Below are positions 29,203 to 38,348 of a stretch of 64,000 nt of DNA, one piece after another. The stretch's first letter is position 1. Each line of letters starts with the position of its first letter. The notes under the pieces were generated by a model that ran no database searches, was not told the origin of the DNA, and saw only the letters and a program-made list of their open reading frames with translations. A program made the translations under genes and the position numbers. The DNA comes from Longimicrobiales bacterium. GTDB taxonomy: Bacteria > Gemmatimonadota > Gemmatimonadetes > Longimicrobiales > Gaopeijiaceae. The DNA is taken from contig JAWLHJ010000004.1 of the NCBI GenBank assembly GCA_041690395.1, positions 64,001 through 128,000 on the forward strand, given 5' to 3'.

Positions 29203-30633
29203 TCAGTCGTCGAGCGCGGCGCGCAGCAGCTCGCTCACCTGGCGCGGGTCGGCCTGCCCCTTCGAAAGGCCCATCACGCGTCCCATGAGGAAGCCGAGGA
29301 TCTTCTTCTCGCCGTCCCGGTAGCGGGCGGTCTCCTCGGGGTGCGCCTCGAGCACCGTTGCCACCCAGGCCTCGAGCCGGGCGGTGTCGCGGATCTGGAC
29401 GAGACCTTCCCGCTCCACGATCTGGCCCACCGGTGTGTCGTCCTCCGGGAGGAGGGCCAGCACCTTCTTGGCCGCCGAGTCGGACACGACGCCCTCCTTC
29501 AGAAGCCCGAGGATCTCCACGATCCGTGAGGGGGCCACCGAAAAGCGCTCGGGGTGCTCGCCCCGTTCGTTCATGAGCGCCTGCACCGGCCCCATCACCC
29601 AGTTCGCGGCCAACTTCGGGTCGTCCACGCCGCGCGCGACCGCCTCGAAGTACTCGGCCGTGGCGCGGACCTGGGTCAGGACGCCGGCGTCGTACTCCGA
29701 AAGTGCGTAGGCGTCCACGAAGCGCGCCCGTCGCGCGGCCGGGAGCTCCGGAAGCTCGGCCCGAGCGGCATCGAGCGCCTCCCCGTCCAGGCGGAGCGGA
29801 GGGAGGTCCGGATCAGGGAAGTACCGGTAATCGTGGCTCTCCTCCTTGGAGCGCATCGGCCGCACGGTGCCCCGATGGTCGTCCCAGAGCAGCGTCTGCT
29901 GCTCGATGCGTCCACCACCGTCCAGGACTTCCCGCTGCCGCGCGATCTCGATCTCGAGCGCCCGCTCGATGCCCGAGAACGAGTTCACGTTCTTGATCTC
30001 GGTCTTCGTTCCCAGCGTGTCGGAGCCCGAGGGGCGCAGCGAGATGTTGGCGTCCGCACGCAGGCTTCCCTCCTCCATGTTGCAGTCGCTCACGTCCACG
30101 TACTCGAGGATCTGCTTGAGGGCACCGAGAAACGCCCGTGTGTCCGCCGGGGAGCGCAGGTCGGGCTCGGTCACGATCTCCACGAGGGGCGTACCCGCGC
30201 GGTTCAGGTCCACGGCGCTCTTCCCGGGAATGCGGTCGTGGACGAGCTTGCCCGCGTCCTCTTCCATGTGGATGCGGTGGATCCGCACCGTCCGCGGTCC
30301 GTCGGGCCCGACGAACGAGACCGTACCGTCGGTCGCGAGGGGCTCCTCGAACTGGCTGATCTGATATCCCTTGGGGAGATCCGGGTAGAAGTAGTTCTTC
30401 CGCGCCCAGACGCTCCGCTCATGGACGGTGCAGTCCAGGGCGAGCGCCGTCCGGAGCCCCAGACGCACGGCCTCGGGGTTCACGGTCGGGAGCGCACCCG
30501 GGAGACCGAGGCAGACGGGGCACACGTGCGTGTTCGGCGCGTCCCCGAAGACCACCCGGTTGCCGCAGAACAGCTTCCGCTCGGTGCGGAGCTGCACGTG
30601 GATCTCGATGCCGATGACGACTTCCCAGCTCAC
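29203..30633 (-). CDS. gatB: Asp/Glu-tRNA amidotransferase subunit B
   Basis: VIGIEIHVQL, CLGLPGALP, RKNYFYPDLPKGYQISQ, HMEEDAGK, DYRYFPDPDL. Confidence 0.97.
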   Translation of the reverse strand: MSWEVVIGIEIHVQLRTERKLFCGNRVVFGDAPNTHVCPVCLGLPGALPTVNPEAVRLGLRTALALDCTVHERSVWARKNYFYPDLPKGYQISQFEEPLATDGTVSFVGPDGPRTVRIHRIHMEEDAGKLVHDRIPGKSAVDLNRAGTPLVEIVTEPDLRSPADTRAFLGALKQILEYVDVSDCNMEEGSLRADANISLRPSGSDTLGTKTEIKNVNSFSGIERALEIEIARQREVLDGGGRIEQQTLLWDDHRGTVRPMRSKEESHDYRYFPDPDLPPLRLDGEALDAARAELPELPAARRARFVDAYALSEYDAGVLTQVRATAEYFEAVARGVDDPKLAANWVMGPVQALMNERGEHPERFSVAPSRIVEILGLLKEGVVSDSAAKKVLALLPEDDTPVGQIVEREGLVQIRDTARLEAWVATVLEAHPEETARYRDGEKKILGFLMGRVMGLSKGQADPRQVSELLRAALDD

Positions 30634-32003
30634 GACGTGGTCCCTCCGAGCGAGGCTTCGAGGGCGGCGCCCACGCGGACCGTGGTATCCTCCCGCCACC
30701 AGGGCGCCAGGATCTGGCCGCCCACCGGGAGTCCGTCGAGCGAGCCGATCGGGACCGACATTCCCGGAATACCGGCCAGATTCGCCGTCACCGTGAACAC
30801 GTCGGACATGTACATCTGGACAGGGTCGTCGATCCTCTCCCCGATCGGGAACGCGGTCGTGGGGGTGGTCGGCGTGAAGAGCGCGTCGACTCCGGAGTCG
30901 AAGACCTCGCGGAAGTCCCGCGTGATGTGGGCGCGGGCCCGCTGCGCCCGGCCGTAGTACCGGTCGTAGTAGCCCGCCGAGAGCGCATACGTCCCCAGCA
31001 TGATCCGGCGCTTCACCTCGGCGCCGAAGCCCGTCGAGCGCGTCGCCTCGTGCATCGCCGCGATGTCGACGCCCTCGCGACGCACGCCGTAACGGACGCC
31101 GTCGAAGCGGGAGAGATTGCTCGACGCTTCGGCCGGCGCCAGGACGTAGTAGGTCGGGATCGCGAAGCGCGAATGCGGGAGTGACACCCTCCTGAGCTCC
31201 GCTCCAGCTCGCTCCAGACGCTCCAGCGCCACCTCGATCAGCCCTCGGATCCCGGCGTCGAGCGTGTCCGGCAGGTACTCTTCGGGCACGCCGACGACGA
31301 GCCCTCCCACGCCCTTCCCCGCGGCCTCGACCAGCCCCGGCACCGGCCGATCGACCGAGGTCGCGTCGAGCGGGTCGTGGCCCGACACGGCCTCGAGCAG
31401 CCGGGCGGCGTCGACCACGGTCCTACCGAACGCGCCGATCTGGTCCATCGACGACGCGAACGCGACCAGGCCGTAGCGACTCACCCGCCCGTACGTGGGC
31501 TTGAGGCCCACCACCCCGCAGAACGCCGCGGGCTGCCGGACGGAGCCTCCGGTCTCGGAGCCGAGCGCCATCGACACGTAGCCCGCCGCCACCGCGGCGG
31601 CCGAGCCACCCGAGCTTCCCCCGGTCACGCGCGCGCGGTCGTGCGGGTTCCGGGTCGGGCCCCAGGCCGAGCTCTCGGTGGAGGAGCCCATGGCGAACTC
31701 GTCCAGGTTGGTCTTCCCCACGACGACCGCGCCGGCCGCCCGCAACTTCCGGATCGCAGTGGCCTCGAACGGGGAGCGGTACCCTTCCAGCAGGCGGGAG
31801 CCGCAGGTGGTCGGCAGCTCGAGCGTGGCGATGTTGTCCTTCACGGCGACCGGGACTCCGGCGAGGGGGGCGTCCCGGTCCGTCGGGCCCGGTCCGCCCA
31901 CCGCGACGTCGTCCGCCACGGAGATGAAGGCGTTCAACCCTTCCGGCCCCGCCTCGGCGGCCCGGATGCGCTGGACTACGTCGGCGGCCGCCAGGCGCGT
32001 CAC
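30630..32003 (-). CDS. gatA: Asp/Glu-tRNA amidotransferase subunit A
   Basis: PVAVKDN, GKTNLDEFAMGSS, GGSSGGSAAAV, GSETGGSVRQPA, EASSNLSRFDG, EVKRRIMLGT. Confidence 0.96.
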   Translation of the reverse strand: MTRLAAADVVQRIRAAEAGPEGLNAFISVADDVAVGGPGPTDRDAPLAGVPVAVKDNIATLELPTTCGSRLLEGYRSPFEATAIRKLRAAGAVVVGKTNLDEFAMGSSTESSAWGPTRNPHDRARVTGGSSGGSAAAVAAGYVSMALGSETGGSVRQPAAFCGVVGLKPTYGRVSRYGLVAFASSMDQIGAFGRTVVDAARLLEAVSGHDPLDATSVDRPVPGLVEAAGKGVGGLVVGVPEEYLPDTLDAGIRGLIEVALERLERAGAELRRVSLPHSRFAIPTYYVLAPAEASSNLSRFDGVRYGVRREGVDIAAMHEATRSTGFGAEVKRRIMLGTYALSAGYYDRYYGRAQRARAHITRDFREVFDSGVDALFTPTTPTTAFPIGERIDDPVQMYMSDVFTVTANLAGIPGMSVPIGSLDGLPVGGQILAPWWREDTTVRVGAALEASLGGTTS

Positions 32004-32311
32004 GAGCGGTCCTCCTCGGCGTGCACGCCCGGAGGGGGCGGCACCACGAAGAAGCCGTCCTGGAACGCGGGCGCCATGCCGGACGGATCGAGCCGCTCCG
32101 GATCGGCCCCGGTTTCTTCCGAGGCGCGGGTCGAGGCCCGCTCCGCCCATCGACCGTCGTCGGCCACCTCGTCCTCCTCGAGCGCGCCGAGCGCGTCGAC
32201 ATGCTCCAGAATCGAGTTGAGGTCGTCCGTCATCCGCGCCAGCTCGTCGTCGTCGAGGCGGAGCCGGGCCAGCCGGGCGATCCTGAGCACTTCTTCACGA
32301 TCCACGCTCAT
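32000..32311 (-). CDS. gatC: Asp/Glu-tRNA amidotransferase subunit C
   Basis: EEVLRIARLARL, LNSILEHV, APAFQDGFFVVP; upstream of gatA. Confidence 0.92.
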   Translation of the reverse strand: MSVDREEVLRIARLARLRLDDDELARMTDDLNSILEHVDALGALEEDEVADDGRWAERASTRASEETGADPERLDPSGMAPAFQDGFFVVPPPPGVHAEEDRS

Positions 32312-34581
32312 GGCCAGTCCTTCTCGAGGGAAGCGTAGCGGGCCAGCAACTTCTTCCGACCGATGTCGTCGAAGTCGACCGTCACCTTGAGGTCACGGCC
32401 GAACCCGGTCACTTCGACCACGGCGCCCGATCCGAAGGTCGCGTGGACGACCCGCTCACCTGGGGCGAAGCGCGGGAGATCCTGGTTGAGCCCGGCGTCC
32501 GGGTCGGGCTCGTACGAGGTGTCGCGGTAGCTCGAGCCCCCGAACGACGTCCTTCCGCCGCGGTCGCGGTGATCCCGGTGGGGGGTGCTCGACGTGAGCA
32601 GCTTCAACCGCTCGCTCCGGCGCTCCTCCACCAGCGTCTCGGGCACGGCGTCGACGAACGACGAACGGGTGTTGTGGTTGAAGTCACCGGCCCTCCGCCG
32701 CTGGCGGGCCCAGGTGAGCGAGAGCTTGTCCTCCGCCCGCGTGATCCCGACGTAGAAGAGGCGTCGTTCCTCCTCGAGCGCCGCCGGGTCGTCGTACGAC
32801 CGACCGAGCGGGAAGAGTCCCTCCTCCATGCCCGCGATGTAGACCAGCGGGAACTCGAGCCCCTTGGCGTTGTGGAGCGTCATGAGGGTCACGGCGTCCG
32901 CGTCCGGATCGAGCCGGTCGACGTCGGCCACGAGCGCCACCTGCTGCAGGTAGAGATCCAGCTCGGTGAAGCGGTCCTGGTCTTCGGCCTCCACCGTGCT
33001 GGCGGCGCCGGCGTCGAAGTCCACCGCGCCGGCGATGAGCTCGGCCACGTTCCGGGCGCGGTCCTCTCCCTCCGGCCCCTCGTCCTGGAGGTGCCGCACC
33101 AGGTCGAGTCGCTCGATGAGCTCCTCGAGGAGCTGGCCCACGCTCACCCGGGCCGCGCGGATGCTGAACTCGCGGATCAGCTCGGCGAAGCGCACCAGCG
33201 AGTGCGTCGCGGCCGCCCGGATGTCCATGATCTCCTCGGCCCGCTCGGCCGCCTCGAGCAGCGTGAGGCCCTGCTCCCCGGCCCACCGACGGAGATGCTC
33301 CGCCGAGGTGAGCCCGATGCCGCGCCGCGGATAGTTGAGCACGCGGTCGAAGGCGATCTCGTCCCTCGGGTTCGAGATGAGCCGCAGATAGCCGAGCACG
33401 TCCTGGATCTCGCGGCGCTCGTAGAAGCGGACGCTGCCGATGACCTGGTACGGAACGCCCTCCCGTCGGAACGCGTCCTCCAGGGCGCGGGCCTGCGCGT
33501 TCGTGCGGTAGAGCACCGCGCAGTCGCGGTACGACCAGGTCGGCACGTCCCGGATGCGCGTCTCGAGATCGGAGACGATCCAACGGGCCTCGTCGGTCTC
33601 GTCGAAGGTCTCGGCGATGGTGATCGGCTCGCCGCCGGCCCGCTCGGTCGTGAGCGTCTTTCCCTTCCGGTCGACGTTCTCGGCGATGACGTGGTTGGCC
33701 GCGTCGAGGATCGCCTGGGTGGAGCGGTAGTTGCGCTCCAGACGCACGATGCGCGAGCCCGGGAAGCCCTCCTCGAAGTCGAGGATGTTGCGGATGTCCG
33801 CGCCCCGCCACCCGTAGATCGACTGATCGTCGTCGCCGACCACCATGAGGTTGCCATGCCGCGCGGCGAGCAGTTCCACGAAGCGGTACTGTGCGCGGTT
33901 GGTGTCCTGATACTCGTCGACCAGGATGAACTGGAAGCGCTCCTGGTACCGCTCGAGGAGCTCGGGGACCTGCTCGAACAGCTGGACCGGCTTCATGAGC
34001 AGGTCGTCGAAGTCGAGGGCGTTCTGGTTCTCGAGCGTCTTCTGGTACTCGGGATACACCTTCGCGACGGTCCGTGCGAACAGGTCGAAGGTGCCTTCGT
34101 TGTCGATGGCGAACTGCCGTGCGTCGATGAGCTGGTTCTTCGCGTTGCTCATCTCCCCGCGGACCGCCTTCGGGTTCCAGCGCTTCGGATCGAGGCCGAC
34201 GGACTCCATGACGCTCTTCACCAGACGGAGCGACTGGTCGGCGTCGAAGATGCTGAACGCACGGTCCCAACCCAGCCGGTCGACGTGGCGCCTGAGGAGC
34301 CGCGCCCCGAGAGCGTGGAACGTCCCGACCCACATCCCCCTCGGATCACGCCCCAGCATGCGCCCGATCCGCTCGCGCATCTCGCCGGCGGCCTTGTTGG
34401 TGAACGTCACCGCCAGGATCCGGTCGGGCGGCACACCGTGCTCGTGGATCAGGTGGCAGATGCGTGCCGTGAGGACGCGCGTCTTCCCCGACCCGGCGCC
34501 GGCGAGCACGAGGAGCGGCCCCTCCACGTGCTCGGTCGCTTCACGCTGCTCCGGGTTCAGCCCCTCGAGATGCCTGCCCAT
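32308..34581 (-). CDS. pcrA: ATP-dependent DNA helicase PcrA/UvrD
   Basis: LNPEQ, AGAGSGKT, TFTNKAA, VDEYQD, GDDDQSIY, NYRS, HNAKGLEF, EERRLFYVGITRA, C-terminal Tudor-like domain. Alternative start at 34596. Confidence 0.94.
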   Translation of the reverse strand: MGRHLEGLNPEQREATEHVEGPLLVLAGAGSGKTRVLTARICHLIHEHGVPPDRILAVTFTNKAAGEMRERIGRMLGRDPRGMWVGTFHALGARLLRRHVDRLGWDRAFSIFDADQSLRLVKSVMESVGLDPKRWNPKAVRGEMSNAKNQLIDARQFAIDNEGTFDLFARTVAKVYPEYQKTLENQNALDFDDLLMKPVQLFEQVPELLERYQERFQFILVDEYQDTNRAQYRFVELLAARHGNLMVVGDDDQSIYGWRGADIRNILDFEEGFPGSRIVRLERNYRSTQAILDAANHVIAENVDRKGKTLTTERAGGEPITIAETFDETDEARWIVSDLETRIRDVPTWSYRDCAVLYRTNAQARALEDAFRREGVPYQVIGSVRFYERREIQDVLGYLRLISNPRDEIAFDRVLNYPRRGIGLTSAEHLRRWAGEQGLTLLEAAERAEEIMDIRAAATHSLVRFAELIREFSIRAARVSVGQLLEELIERLDLVRHLQDEGPEGEDRARNVAELIAGAVDFDAGAASTVEAEDQDRFTELDLYLQQVALVADVDRLDPDADAVTLMTLHNAKGLEFPLVYIAGMEEGLFPLGRSYDDPAALEEERRLFYVGITRAEDKLSLTWARQRRRAGDFNHNTRSSFVDAVPETLVEERRSERLKLLTSSTPHRDHRDRGGRTSFGGSSYRDTSYEPDPDAGLNQDLPRFAPGERVVHATFGSGAVVEVTGFGRDLKVTVDFDDIGRKKLLARYASLEKDWP

Positions 34582-34588
34582 GCCCGCC

Positions 34589-35764
34589 TCAAGCATCGGC
34601 CACGGGGAGCCTGATCTGGAAGGTCGTGCCCTCCATCCCTTCGAGCAGCTCGATGCGTCCGTCGTGGACGCCTTCGACGATGCGCCTGGACAGCGCGAGG
34701 CCCACGCCCCATCCGCCCGGCTTCGAGCTCACGCCCGGCTCGAACAGCTTGTCCCGCACCGCCGGATCCACGCCCGGTCCCGTATCCCGTATTCTCAGAC
34801 TGACCCACCTCCCTCCGACTTCTCTCGCATAGATGGTGATCTTGCCCCCGCGCCCGGCCAGGGCATCGAGGGCATTCTTGACGACGTTCTCGAGGGCCCA
34901 GACCAGAAGGACCTCGTTCCCCATGACGCGTGGGAGCCCGGGCGGCACATCCACGAGGAGCTCGACACCCTTCTTCGTGAGCCGCGGGATGCGCACGGCC
35001 AGGTACTGCTCGAGATCGCTCACGACCTGACGCACCGAGAGGCTCTCGAGCTCCGGCTCCCTGCCGATGAGCTCGAAGCGGTGGCTGATCCGCTCGAGCC
35101 TCTCGATGTCCTCCCCGATGGCGTCGGCGACCTCCGTCTCACCGAGCGCGCCGGGCCGCTCGTCCGGCTTCAGACGGAGCACCTCCAGCCATCCCTGAAG
35201 CGACGACAGCGGCGTGCCGAGCTGGTGCGCCAGCTCCCTGGCCATCGCCGTCCAGGCCTTCTCGCCCTCGGCACGGCGCTGGTAGCGCACGACCACGAAG
35301 CCGATCAGCACGGTCAGGAAGAGGCCGCCGGCCTGCAGCCAGGGAATCCAGCGGAGCCTCCGCACCTCGGGCGTGTCGCCGTAGTGGATGTGCATGAGGT
35401 CCGGGTCGCCGATGGGCGGGTTCTCCGCGTCCAGCCGGCGCACGTACGAACGCACCCGCTCCTGGCCATCCGGTGTGTTCGTGTCCACGGAGAACGGCAG
35501 GTTCTCGTGGGCCAGCACCGTATCCCCGGGGCCCATGACGACGAGCGGCACCCCCGCATCGCGCACGATCCCCTGCAGGTTGAACAGGACCTGGGTCTCG
35601 TTCCCCTGCGTGACCAGTCCCTCCTGCACCTCCGCGAAGATGCGGGACAGGAGCGCGGAGTTGCCCCGGACCTGCTCGACGATCTGCTGCGTGTAGAGCA
35701 GATACCACCCGAGGAGCAGGACGAAGAGCGTCGCGAGCGCGACCGGCCACTTGATGCGGATCAT
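34589..35764 (-). CDS. Sensor histidine kinase (2 TM, HisKA, HATPase)
   Basis: H-box MARELAHQLGTPLSSL, N-box NVVKNALDA, DTGPG, GWGVGLAL. Confidence 0.92.
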   Translation of the reverse strand: MIRIKWPVALATLFVLLLGWYLLYTQQIVEQVRGNSALLSRIFAEVQEGLVTQGNETQVLFNLQGIVRDAGVPLVVMGPGDTVLAHENLPFSVDTNTPDGQERVRSYVRRLDAENPPIGDPDLMHIHYGDTPEVRRLRWIPWLQAGGLFLTVLIGFVVVRYQRRAEGEKAWTAMARELAHQLGTPLSSLQGWLEVLRLKPDERPGALGETEVADAIGEDIERLERISHRFELIGREPELESLSVRQVVSDLEQYLAVRIPRLTKKGVELLVDVPPGLPRVMGNEVLLVWALENVVKNALDALAGRGGKITIYAREVGGRWVSLRIRDTGPGVDPAVRDKLFEPGVSSKPGGWGVGLALSRRIVEGVHDGRIELLEGMEGTTFQIRLPVADA

Positions 35765-35789
35765 GGCGCACGGCGGGGGGTTCGACCCC

Positions 35790-37070
35790 TCAGGAGGACA
35801 CGGTCAGGCGATCACGACCGACGTAGGGACGCAGCACGTCGGGCAGCGCCACGCTTCCGTCCTCATGCTGATAGGTCTCGAGCAGCGCCGCCACCACCCG
35901 GGGGAGCGCGAGGGCCGATCCGTTCAGGGTGTGCACGTACTCCGGCTTCTCCGCCTGGCTGCGCTTGAAGCGCAGATCGGCGCGCCGGGCCTGGTAGTCG
36001 GTGAAGGTCGTGCAGCTCGACACCTCGAGCCACTTCCCCACCCCGGGCGCCCAGACCTCCAGGTCGTACGTCATGGCACCGCTCTGCCCGAGGTCGCCGC
36101 TCGCCAGGAGGAGCCGGCGATAGTGCAGCCCCAGCCGCTCGAGCAGCGTCTCCGCCTCGCGCGTGAGCTCTTCGAGCGCGTCGAGGCTACGCTCGGGCGT
36201 CTCGTAGCGGACGAGCTCGACCTTGTCGAACTGATGCACCCGGAGAAGCCCGCGTGTGTCCTTTCCGGCGGCCCCGGCTTCGCGGCGGAAGCACGGCGAA
36301 TAGGCCGTGAGCTTCTTCGGGAGGTCGTCCAGGTCGAGCATCTGCCCGCGCAACAGGTTGGTGACAGGAACCTCGGCCGTGGGGATGAGCCAGAGGTCGT
36401 CGCGCTCGGTCAGATACGATTCGTCGGCGAACTTCGGGAGCTGCCCCGTGCCGGTCATCGCGTCGCGATTCACGAGATACGGGACCCGGACCTCCTCGTA
36501 CCCGTGCTCGTCCACGTGCACGTCGAGGAAGTAGTTGATCAGGCCTCGCTGGAGCCTCGCGCCCATTCCGCGCAGCACCGGGAAGCCGGAGCCGCTGACC
36601 GCGGCCCCGGCCGGCAGGTCGAGGATGCCGAGCGCCTCGCCGATGTCCCAGTGCGGCTTGGGCTCGAAGTCGAAGGTGGCGGGCTCACCATACGTAGCGA
36701 GCACGACGTTCGCCTCTTCGCCACCCGCCGGCACCCGGTCGAGCGGAAGGTTCGGCAGTCCGAGCAGGATCTCGTCGATCGCCGCCTCGGCGTCGCCGAC
36801 ACGCGCGTCGATCTCGTCGATCCGGTCGCCGACCCGGCGCATCTCGGCGACCAGCTCAGACGCGTCCTCGCCGGCGCGCTTGAGCTCGCCGATGCGCTTC
36901 GACGACGAGTTGCGCTCGGCCTTGAGGTCGTTGACCTCGCCGAGCCCCGCGCGCCGCGCCTCGTCGAGCGCGAGCAGGCGGTCGACGGCGTCCGCGTGGG
37001 CCGCGTCCCGCTTGGCGAGTGCGGCCTTGACGACGTCGGGCTCCTGACGGATCTGACGGAGATCGAGCAT
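35790..37070 (-). CDS. serS: Serine--tRNA ligase
   Basis: MLDLRQIR, N-terminal coiled coil, TGQLPKF, LIPTAEVP, FRREAG, RVHQFDKVE, HTLNGS. Confidence 0.97.
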   Translation of the reverse strand: MLDLRQIRQEPDVVKAALAKRDAAHADAVDRLLALDEARRAGLGEVNDLKAERNSSSKRIGELKRAGEDASELVAEMRRVGDRIDEIDARVGDAEAAIDEILLGLPNLPLDRVPAGGEEANVVLATYGEPATFDFEPKPHWDIGEALGILDLPAGAAVSGSGFPVLRGMGARLQRGLINYFLDVHVDEHGYEEVRVPYLVNRDAMTGTGQLPKFADESYLTERDDLWLIPTAEVPVTNLLRGQMLDLDDLPKKLTAYSPCFRREAGAAGKDTRGLLRVHQFDKVELVRYETPERSLDALEELTREAETLLERLGLHYRRLLLASGDLGQSGAMTYDLEVWAPGVGKWLEVSSCTTFTDYQARRADLRFKRSQAEKPEYVHTLNGSALALPRVVAALLETYQHEDGSVALPDVLRPYVGRDRLTVSS

Positions 37071-37122
37071 CAGCGGATGGCCGCCGTGGTGATGGTGTGA
37101 ACGTGCACCGGGCTCGCCCCGC

Positions 37123-37707
37123 TCAGTTGGGGGGCACGAGCCGGCGGTCGTTGCAGACCGGGTTCGTCACGTGCCGGAAGCGGAGGGTTCCTTCGCCCAC
37201 GTCGAGCTCGAGCGCCTCCATCTTCGCGTAGTAGACACAACTCCGACCGAACGACCCGGCCCGTTGCGTCGTCCGGACGACATAGGTGGTCCCGAGCTCC
37301 ACCGGAACGGGGTCTACCGCGCTGTACACGGCCGTGTCACCCGGCGCATCCGTCACCTCGTCGAGGGTGAGCCCTTCGAGCGGGGCGACTCGGGCCCGGG
37401 AGCTCACACCGAGGGCGCCCGGAGGAAGGAACACCAAGCCGCCGTCCCGCGTGTCGAGTGCCAGGTCCCAGGTGCCCGTCGCGTTCGGCGACTCGATGAC
37501 GATCTTCGTCGACGTGTAGAAGTCGTACGCGGCCGGCACGTTGAGCTCGGGACGCGCCATCGAGTAGAGCACCACCGTGTCCGGTTGGTCACTCCACTGG
37601 AAGGAGAACGGATCGTCGCCGCACGCGACGGTTCCGGTCAGGAGGGCCGCCGCGAGGGCGGCGACCTTGGGCGCTCGGCGACGCACGAGACGTGCTTCGT
37701 TGGTCAC
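37123..37707 (-). CDS. Lipoprotein, HmuY-like
   Basis: Basic N-terminus, hydrophobic core and lipobox TVA|C; WDLAL and YVVRT...YYAKM...GTLRFR resemble HmuY-family strands. Confidence 0.65.
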   Translation of the reverse strand: MTNEARLVRRRAPKVAALAAALLTGTVACGDDPFSFQWSDQPDTVVLYSMARPELNVPAAYDFYTSTKIVIESPNATGTWDLALDTRDGGLVFLPPGALGVSSRARVAPLEGLTLDEVTDAPGDTAVYSAVDPVPVELGTTYVVRTTQRAGSFGRSCVYYAKMEALELDVGEGTLRFRHVTNPVCNDRRLVPPN

Positions 37708-37762
37708 GGTGGAGTCCGGAAAGGGGCGAGCGGGTCGATGCGACCCGCTTTGACGGCCCGGA

Positions 37763-37791
37763 AACTTGTCGGGGGCGGGGGTGACGGTCAA
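37763..37791 (-). promoter_or_regulatory. Putative sigma70 promoter for lipoprotein-serS
   Basis: TTGACC-N17-CAAGTT on the minus strand. Confidence 0.5.
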
Positions 37792-37813
37792 CCCCGAAAA
37801 GCCCTTGGATTGC

Positions 37814-37842
37814 TTGACTTTACCCCACCCGGCGGGTAGGTT
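37814..37842 (+). promoter_or_regulatory. sigma70 promoter for receiver-GlmU-like-MBL genes
   Basis: TTGACT-N17-TAGGTT; the -10 box is flanked by the inverted repeat GGCGGG/CCCGCC. Confidence 0.65.
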
Positions 37843-37916
37843 CCCGCCGCAGTTTGCCGGGCATTCCAGACGTCTGCTCGGGGAAAACCGCCTTCTCAAC
37901 CGAGCGAGGTGACCCG

Positions 37917-38312
37917 GTGCCGGACGACCCCCGTGGCGCTCCGCCCAGACGGATTCTGATCGTGGACGACGAGCCGCACATCCGGCGGCTGCTCGCGACG
38001 AGGCTGGAGGCCGAGGGCTTCGAGGTCCGTGAGGCCGCGGACGGGGAAGAAGGACTGATCGTGCTCTCCGACTACCGGCCCGACCTCGTCCTGCTCGACC
38101 TGATGATGCCGGGCGCCAGCGGCCTCGAGGTCCTCTCGAAGATTCGCTCGGGTGGCGGCGACGCTACCGTCCCCGTCATCATCCTGACCGCCAAGGGTCA
38201 GGACACGGACCGTGAGCTGGCGTTCGCCGGAGGTGCGACCGACTTCATGACCAAGCCGTTCAGCCCGATGAAGCTGCTCGCGCGCATCTACGAGATCCTC
38301 GGTGACAGCTGA
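37917..38312 (+). CDS. Single-domain response regulator (receiver only)
   Basis: ILIVDDE, PDLVLLDLMMP, IILTA, KPF; no output domain; SD GAGGT before the GTG. Confidence 0.92.
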   Translation: MPDDPRGAPPRRILIVDDEPHIRRLLATRLEAEGFEVREAADGEEGLIVLSDYRPDLVLLDLMMPGASGLEVLSKIRSGGGDATVPVIILTAKGQDTDRELAFAGGATDFMTKPFSPMKLLARIYEILGDS

Positions 38313-38348
38313 GCGCGGCGCCCGCACCCCCCATCCGGAGTGGATGTC

